In this document: piece by piece, positions 24,001 through 33,000 of the stretch
Position numbering within the stretch: position 1 is the first letter of the stretch
Layout: every line of letters begins with the position of its first letter
Assembly (NCBI GenBank): GCA_012517905.1
Contig: JAAYUE010000034.1
Location: 6,752 to 70,751 of the forward strand
Direction of reading: 5' to 3'
Origin: Clostridiales bacterium
Lineage (GTDB): Bacteria; Bacillota; Clostridia; Christensenellales; CAG-138
Length of the DNA: 64,000 bases
The notes under the pieces: model-generated
What the model saw: the letters and a program-made list of their open reading frames with translations, nothing else
The model's database searches: none
Told to the model about the DNA's origin: nothing
Position numbers and translations under genes: made by a program

Positions 24001-27000
24001 CGGCGGATATACTGGCAAGACCGTGGATGTGAACGCGAGCAGGCTGACCATCGACGTATACGACGACATCACGATTACGAGCGACGAAAACGACGCGTAC
24101 GATCCGCAGCGCGGCGACTATTACGACATCATACTGAGCCTGACGGAGTGCAAAGCGGAGGACGAGGTATACGATACCGCGAGCGGCGCGACCGTCTCCC
24201 GCGGCGTGTCGTTTACGAGCCGGAACGGCGGACTGGATTCCACGGACGACGATTACGCCGTCTATGTGGACGACGCGACGGGCAAGCTCTACTTTGAGAA
24301 GAACGGCGTCTGGTACGCCTACGACAGCAACGTCGTGCTCACGCCGGTCGGCGGCGTGGACGAAACGCTGCTTACGAGCGCCTATTACGTCGTCAACGGC
24401 GTCACCGTCTATGTCGACGCGGTGATCGAAGGCTATACGGTCCTGCAGGACGCGGACGGCAACCGCTATGTCAAGATCGGCGACGACTGGTATGCGTTTG
24501 GCTACGATCCGGCGTTTGAGCAGATCGAGACCCCGACGGGCACGCTCAGCCGCGTGGACAACGCGAGCGATAACTACGCCGCCGCGGAAGAAGGCACGAT
24601 CTACGATCGGAACGAAGTGACCTACAGCCTCCGCCTCGGCAGCAACCACCTCGACAGCACCTCGTACAATCCGGCGTATGAAGGGAAGCTCTACTTCGAA
24701 AAGAGCGGCGTGTACTATTACTACGACGCAGCCACCGGCAAGCTCGTCAAGGCCGATACGCTCAATGCGGACTTCATCGGCATTGCGGCGCTGCTCGACG
24801 TCGGGGCGACGAACTATTACGATTCGTGGCTCGTGGACAACAGCACATTCTATGCGGACGTGTACGACGACATCGACATTCGCGATTCCGCGTTCTTCAC
24901 GAACTGGACGGTCGCGTATCTGGGCTCCAGCGCGGGCGGCCTGACCAACGCGGACTACTTCATCGACCACGACGGCGACGGCATCGGCGATACGCTGGAG
25001 CGCTCTAAGTGGAGCATCAACAGCAGCTACGTCGACATGAAGATCCACGGCAACATCCGCATCGACCATCTGTTTGCCGAGATCAGCTACGTGGCGCTCT
25101 CCAGCGAGTTTGGCGAGATTCTGTCCAAGACCTGGTATGTCCTCGGCGTCCGGCTCGAAGTCGAATCCGGCGGCAAGATTCAGGTCATCAACATGGATGA
25201 CACCGGCGTTGTGCCGGCGCCCGCCGTACAGATCATCTGGTGCCAGGACGATCTGATGATCGTCAGCGCGAAAGCCTCCGAAACCAGCACGCCCGCCCAG
25301 AAGTTCATCGGACTGATGGTGAGCATCTACTCGCGGCTCGGCGGGTTCACGGCCTCCACCTGCGACGGGTATGTCTCCAACTCCAACACGATCGACTTCT
25401 ACGGCACGGCGAGCACCATCGATATCGAGGTCAACGGGCAGGTTTCGATGGCCGAAACCGAGATCAACGTGGAAGACCCGAACGTCGTCTTCCAGAGCGT
25501 CGGCCGGACGGCGAGCAGCACCTCGGGGCAGATGATTACGGACACCGTGACCCACGGCGACATCTACCAGTATGACGAAGCCAAGGGCAAGCCGCGCGTG
25601 ATGATCGACGCGAACTTCCCGGATCATCACGACCGCGCGTACGGCTCGGAGATCAACATCAAGAGCCACAATGGCGATTTCCCGGCGAACACCTGGCAGA
25701 TTGCGGGCGCGAAGGTCGTCAGCGACGTGACCGGCACCGAAGTGCTCAACGTCAAGAAGGGCATCACCAACGTCAACATCATCGTGCTCCACGACATCGA
25801 CCTGATCTACAACCTGTCGGATCGGACGGCGGAGCATATCGAAAAATACGGCGAGAACATCACGAGCCGCGCGCTGACGATTCTGGACGGTTCCATCGTC
25901 GAGCTGACCAGCACGCAGGGCAGCGTCGACGTACTCTACAACCCCGCCGGATCGAACTACTCCACGCAGAACATCCTCGTCTCCGGCGCGGAACTGCCCG
26001 CCTGGGAGCTGATCTGGCTTGGCAGAGCGCAGGACGCGGTGGTGGCATCGTTGATCATCCATGCGCTCGGCGACATCCGCACGGATGTGACGCAGGCAAG
26101 CTGCGCGATGCTCGACTGGTACTCCCTGGGCGGCAGCCTCTACTTCGACCGCATCGAAGGCTACCACACCGGCGTAAGGCTGGAAGCGTCGGGCGATATC
26201 TTCGCGCTCAACAACAGCACGGAGGAAGGGCTCGTCCTGCACAACATCATCCGGCTGACGGGCAGGGCGGGAGCCGACTGGAGCACGGACGCGAGCCTGA
26301 CGCTCAACGCGGGTGGCGATATCGGCAAGACCGGCGCCTGGACGTATCTGGACGTTGACTGCGACGTGACCATCGAACACGTCCATAACCTCTTTATCGA
26401 CCTGCAGAAGCGCGACGCGCAGGATATGCTCGCGACCATCCGCAGCTACCTGATCTCCTACGGCTACACGGAAGCCGCCGCGGGGCTCTTGGCGCAGTAT
26501 CTCATCGAAACCTACGACGACCGCGACTACCTGAGCTACAGCGACGAGTATTTCTACACCGTCATGCTGAATATCCTCTCGGAGTCTCAGTTGAAGGATT
26601 GGCTCTATGCGCGCGCCAACGTCGTGTATGCGGGCGGCGACTATGAATACGGCTGGGTCTACACGATTCGCCACGACGGCGCGCTGTCCGATACGCTCTG
26701 GCAGACAGTGCTCTCGATGGCGCGCGGCAGCGCAAGCACGGCGTCGATCGCCACGATCCGCGCGGCGTTCGGCAGCGCGATCGCAAACGAGATCGCGGCG
26801 CTGCTGGCCAACACGGCGGACCCGTACGGATATATCGCGAACCATGCGACGGCGGAAGACATCTTTAAGGATATCTACGAAAAATCGTTCCTGACCTCCA
26901 GCTCGAATGCCTATGCGGGCACGGTTCGGATCGATTCCACGCATGCGCGCGCGGTGTTCGACAAGTTCTACGGCGGCGGCAAGGTCGCCTATGTGCAGGA

Positions 27001-30000
27001 TATCTCCGGCAACGCGGCGACGAACGGAACGGTCTACGACCTCGTGAACTACCTGTTCAACATGGACGAGGCGTACCGCGAGGCGACGCTGACCGAGCTC
27101 TACAGCCGCGCGGTCATCGCGAGCACGAGCGGGCTCTCCGATCTGATTCAGCAACGAACGGCGCAGCAGGCGAACTACGACAAGGCCGCTGCCGACAAGC
27201 TCGCCGCCGAAGCGAAGATCAAGGCGGCGCAGCAGGTCATCCGTGAGACGGAGCAGAAGCAGGCATACTTGCAGGCGCAAATCGATGCGCTGTTATTGCA
27301 AACCCCGCTGCAAACGAGCCGGATCAACTCGCTCAACACGCAGATTGCCGCGCTTAACTCGATCTACACCGCGCAAAACGCCCTGATCGCGGCCGGCGAA
27401 ACCGCGGTCACCGACGCGAATGCGCGCATGGAAAGCGCGCAGCAGCAGATGGACGCGCTCAACACACGCATCGCGCAGATCAACGACGCGTACGCAACAT
27501 ACAGCAAGGACGGCGGGCTGAGCGCGATCGTCCACACCGAGGCGAACCTGAAGAAAGCGTACGTCTCGCAGGCGACGCTGACGCAGCTTTATACCAATAC
27601 CTACGATATCTTCGACGTGTCCGGGCGCGCGTACTATTCCGACGGCTCCGGCATGTATGCGCTGAACGACTGCATCCTCTACAAGGCGTATTTCGTTAAC
27701 GGCGAGCTGCTCTTTGACGGCTTAGACGGCTGGTATACGCTGACCGACGGCGCGTTTGCCCGCACAGGGACGCCGGGCGACACCGACGTAACGGAGGCCG
27801 CGACGCAGCTGACGCTGGGCGCGGTGCTGCTGGGCGAAGGATATACGCTCTGGATCGACGAAGCGGACGGCGCGCGCACCGTCTACTACACGCAGGACGG
27901 CGCGAGCTTCAGCACCTATGCCGCCGGTCGCACCAGCGTCGAGCAGGATATGCACGAGGCCGAGGAGCAGATCGCAGATGCGGCGCAGGCAATCGGCGAG
28001 GCGGAAGCGGCGCTTGCGCTGGCCAACGCCGCGCTGATCGTAGCGCCCGACCTTGCGGCGCGCACCGCGGCGTATGCCGCGCTCCTGCTCGCAAAAGCAA
28101 ACCTGAACGCGGCGCTACTTAACGGGCAAGCCGTGCTCGCCGCCGTCAACGCCATGCTGAGCACGCTCAACGGCGAAGACACCTATTCCGAACAGTCCCT
28201 GACCGACGCGGTCGATCAGGCGGCGCTGCTGCTCAACGAGCTCGACGCTTCCGGCCTGTACGGCGCGTCCGCCGGCGAGAGCATCGCCGCCGCCGAGGAC
28301 TTCCTGAGCGCCTCCCAGAACCTCCTGAGCAAGGAGCAGGCCGCGTGGGCCGCCGCCAAGGTGGATTACGAAGCCAAGCTCGCCGTCTACAACGCGAAGC
28401 TGGCCGCCGTGAAGAAGCTCACGCCCGGCACGCCGCAGTATATCGCGGCCGATCTGGAGCGCGCCGACGCAGAGGCGCAAAAGGACGCCGCGCTGACGCT
28501 CTTAACGACGTTTACCTCGGATATCACGAAGGAGATCAACACGGCGGGAACCGGCTCGCTCGATCGTGCCTGGAAGATGGTGGCGGACGCGCAGGCCGCG
28601 CTGGAATCCGCGCGGGTGAACGCCATGGCGCTTAGCAGCGCGGCGGACACCGCTTATGAAACCCGTGAGAAGCTGATCAACACGCATGTGGACGAGGATG
28701 CACGCGTGGCGAATCTGAGCATCGGCGAGATCACCGGCGAAGCGTACGTCTATAACGAAGGCGATATCGTTATCACCGTGGACCGCTCGATCGACGTGCC
28801 GTCCCATGTGGAGCTCGACGAGGGCGATATCACGCTGGGCAACATCTATTCCGAGCGCGGCGATATCACGATTACGAACCGCACGCTGTATCAGGTTTAC
28901 GAATACGAGTACACGGACCCCGTCAGCTTGGTTGCGACCGTCAGCGAATACTATCTGGCCGCAAACGGCACCGTGCACGTTCTCGACGCGCTGGGCCGCC
29001 TGACGGCGCAGACGGCGGTGAAAGAGGCCGACCTGCTGGCGGACGGCACGCTGCTTGGCACCTACATCGGCGGCGGCAGCATCCTCGCAGCTCAGCTTGA
29101 CGACACCAATCCGCTCTATCGCGACCAGGAGAGCACGCAGCCCGGCGCGAACAATTACAAGAATGACGCGATCAACGACGAGGGACAGGATGAGACCGTG
29201 CATGTCAACGGCAACCTCTTGACCTTCGTTGCCAAGGGCGATATCGGCACCGCCGCGCATCCGCTCCTGATCGAGCAGCGCGACAACGCGCCGGTCAAGG
29301 TCGTCAACGCCGACGAGGATCTGTATCTGAACCAGGGCACAAGCGAAACGGTGCACGAGACCGCGTTTGGCACCGCGTTCGGCGAGCGCTTCGAAGAGCT
29401 CCTCGATCCGCTGCGGAACCTCCTCCTGACCGGAGAGACGCAGCCCACGCCGGCGGATATCGCGTTCCTGATCGCAGCGGGCGCAAAGCTGAACGCGGGC
29501 TGGACGATGGAAGACCTCCGTACCGCGCTCAAGACCGCGAACGACACGGACGGATACTGGTACAACCTGCTGAACATCGGCAGCCTGCCGTACCTGCTCG
29601 CGCTGGAGGTTGCGGTTCGCTACGACTGGCTGCGCGTGGACGACAGGACGGTTGGCACCGACCTGAACGCGCGCTCCGAGATGGGCGGCGTGTACATCGG
29701 CGAACTGACGGGCGATCTGAACATCGGCGAAATCTACGCGCGCGGCGACATTTCTCTCACAGCTCCGGGCAGCGTCTACAGCACGCTGACGGCGGACGAA
29801 CTGAGCCAGAACAAGCTGAACATCGAGACGGACGGCTCGGCCAGCGTAACGGCGACGACCGGCACCGTTGGCACGGGCGCGAAGCCGCTCTACGTGAACA
29901 TCGGCAACTTCGACGCCGCCGACTACGCGAGCTATCGCGACACGGCGCCCACGGGATTTGCGCAGGGCGCGTACATGGGCGGCGAAATGAATACGGTCAG

Positions 30001-33000
30001 CCACGGCGGCGTGTATCTCAGAAGCGAGGACAACCTCGTGCTGAATATGGACAGCGACGCGCGTCACGTGGAGGTCGAGACCGTTCGTCTCACGAACACC
30101 ACTGCGTACGCAACCGGCGATATCGCCGTGCACGACATCAACGCGGGCGCGACCGCGGCGCTGAGCGGCTATGCAAACAGCCTCGGCAGCGTGACCGTGA
30201 CGAGCACGGCGGACATCGGCACCAGGACGCATCCGTTTACGATCGTCTCGGTGGTCAATCCGGACAACGCGATCTACGGCACCGTGACGCTCGAAGGCGG
30301 CAACGTCTACGTCAACCAGCAAAACGGCGACGCGATTCTACTGTCCGTGATCGCGCGCGGCGAGCTCGTGCTGACCGTGCCGAACGGCAGCATCATCGAC
30401 GCGGGCGCGAGCGGCATCAACGAGCTCCTCGAGCGTCTGCGCGACGCGCTGCTGCGCGCAAACGATACGCAGAACATACTCGACGAGCTGCTGGCGCTGA
30501 AGGATTCGCTCACCAACAGCGGCAGATCCCGTCAGACAGCCGAGGACGAATACGACGCGGCAAATCTCGCGCTCTCGGCGGCTGAGGCGGCGCGCGACGC
30601 AGCGGCATTGGCAGCCGCGGCGGCGGACGCAGCGTATGAAGCCGCGCTGGCGGCGTACCTGCTGGATCCGGACAACGCGGCCAGCTATACGGCGCTGTAC
30701 GACGCGTACGAGGCGGCGCAGGTTGCCGCCCGCAGCGCGGCGGAGGCGGAGGACGCGCTGAATGCCGCGCAGGCGCGCTTCGACACGGCGGATGCGATCC
30801 GTCAGCTGTTTATCGACTTTGACGACGCCAACGCGGCGCTCGCGCAGGCGGTGCTGGATCGCCGCAGCGCGGCGGAGACGGAGATAGACGCGCAAAACGA
30901 CGTACAGACCGCGCAGGCGGCCTATGACGCGGCGTTGCTGCTGGCAGGCGGCAACACCAAGGACCCGACGGTCGTCGCGGCAAAAGCCGCGCTGAACGCC
31001 GCCATTGCGGCGAAGGCCGCGGCCACCGCGCAGTTGCGGCAGATGCAGGCGGCGGAGACGGCGGCGCAGACGGCGTACAAGGCCGCGTTTACCGCGATGA
31101 AGTACTACAGCAACTTCGACGAACGCGGCAAGATTCATATTGAAGAAGCGCAGGAAGCGTACGACGACCTCGCGAAGGACAACGGCTACGCCTCCGGCGA
31201 CGATGCGCTTGCCGCGGAAGCCGCGAAGCTCGGCCTTGCACAGGCAACGCTCAGCGCGGCGCAGAGCGCGTACGATCTTGCGCTTGCAAACGCGACCGCC
31301 AATCCGGGAGACGCCGGGTTCGCCGCGGCGCTGGTTGCGGCCCAGGCGGCGCTCGATCAGGCGCAGAAGGCTTACGATCAGCAGTACGTCGTCTGGAACG
31401 GTTACAATACGCTCAAGAACAACCTCGTGTCCGTACAGGATGCGGTTGCCGCCGCCGCGCTCCGGCTCAGCGAAGTAAACGTGGCGTTGATCGACGCCGG
31501 AATCGCGAACGAAAACGCGAAGACGGCGCAGCAGCTCGCGAGCGACGCGCTCGCGGCGCAGATGGCGGTCAACGACGCGCAGGACCAGATCGATCAATAC
31601 GCGGCGAAGGCCAACGAGGCAAAGCTCGCAAGAGACGCAGCCGTCTCCGGCAGCGCGGCGTACTTTGCCGCGCAGAAGGCGCTGGACGACGCGATCCGGC
31701 GCGGGACACAGGCGCAGCACACGTTCGACGCCGCAGCTTACCTTGCGAGCGCGACGCTGGCCGCGATGGATGCGTATGACGCGTATCTGGCCGCGCTTGC
31801 GGCGGACAGCGTCACCACCGAAGAGGACGAATACAACAAAGCCGCCGCCGCCGTCCAGGAGGCGCAGGCGATACTCGACAAGATCAACGAAACCAACGCG
31901 GCGCAGGATGCGCTGGACGACTTTAACGCTGAACACGGTCTGGAAGCGGGAACGACGGAAGAAATCGACCTCGCGATTGCGGATACGATCGCAAGCCTGG
32001 CGAACGCCGAAAACGACGCGCTGCTGGCCCAGGCGGCACTGGACGCCGCAAATGACGCCTACGCGTTGGAGGCGGCGCGCCTTGCGACGCTGGGCCTGAC
32101 GGCGAAACAGCAGCAGCAAGCGCTCGCCGGACTGCTTGCGGACGTGCAGCTGAAAGAGCAGATGTTGTCGGCGGCGCAGGCGGAGGTCACGCGCCTTGAG
32201 ACTCTGCGCGACACGCTGATTCAGCAGCGCGCGCTGACGGCGGATCTCGAGCTCAAGCAGAGCGACGAGCGTAAACCCGGCACGCAGCAGCTGGCCGTGG
32301 ACGTGCTGGCGGCGCTGAAACAGTCCTACGAGCTGAACAACGCCTCGTCGCCGTATGCGGACGAAGCGGACGATATCCTCAAGACCGCGAAGTATGCGTT
32401 TGAACAGCAGTTGATTCTGGACGCCGCCGTGCAGGCCGCCGGCGATGCGGCCGAAGCGCTGCAAAAAGCGATCGACGATCTCAACCGCGCCGAATCCGCC
32501 TACGACGACGCGTTTGCCGTGTATACGCAGGCGGAGGAGACGCTGGCGCAGGCCGAGGCGGACTACAACGCGCTGATCAGCAGCGGCGCGTCGACGGCAA
32601 CCGCGCGCAAGAAGGCGCTGGCGGCGGTCAATCTCGCCAAGGCCAGTCGCGATGCGGCGGACGAAATCTGCGCCGCGGCGGCGCTGGCGCTGTACGACGC
32701 CCAGACAGCAAAGGCCGAAGCGGAAGCCGAAGCGATTCTGGCGGCGGCGGTTCCCGGCGTGGACGACGATCCCGAAACCGTGCCGGACGAGTCGACGCAG
32801 CTCTATCGCAACTTCTACGACGCGCTTCGTCTGCTCGACCAGGCTGAAGAAGCCGACCGGACGGCGAGAGCCGCGGACGAAGCGCTGGCGGCGGATCAAG
32901 CGCTGCGCGATGCCGCGGACGAAATTGCCGCTTTCATCACCAAACTCGACGCCGCAAACGAAGTCGTGTACGGCGAAGACGGGCTGCAGGGCATCGTGGA

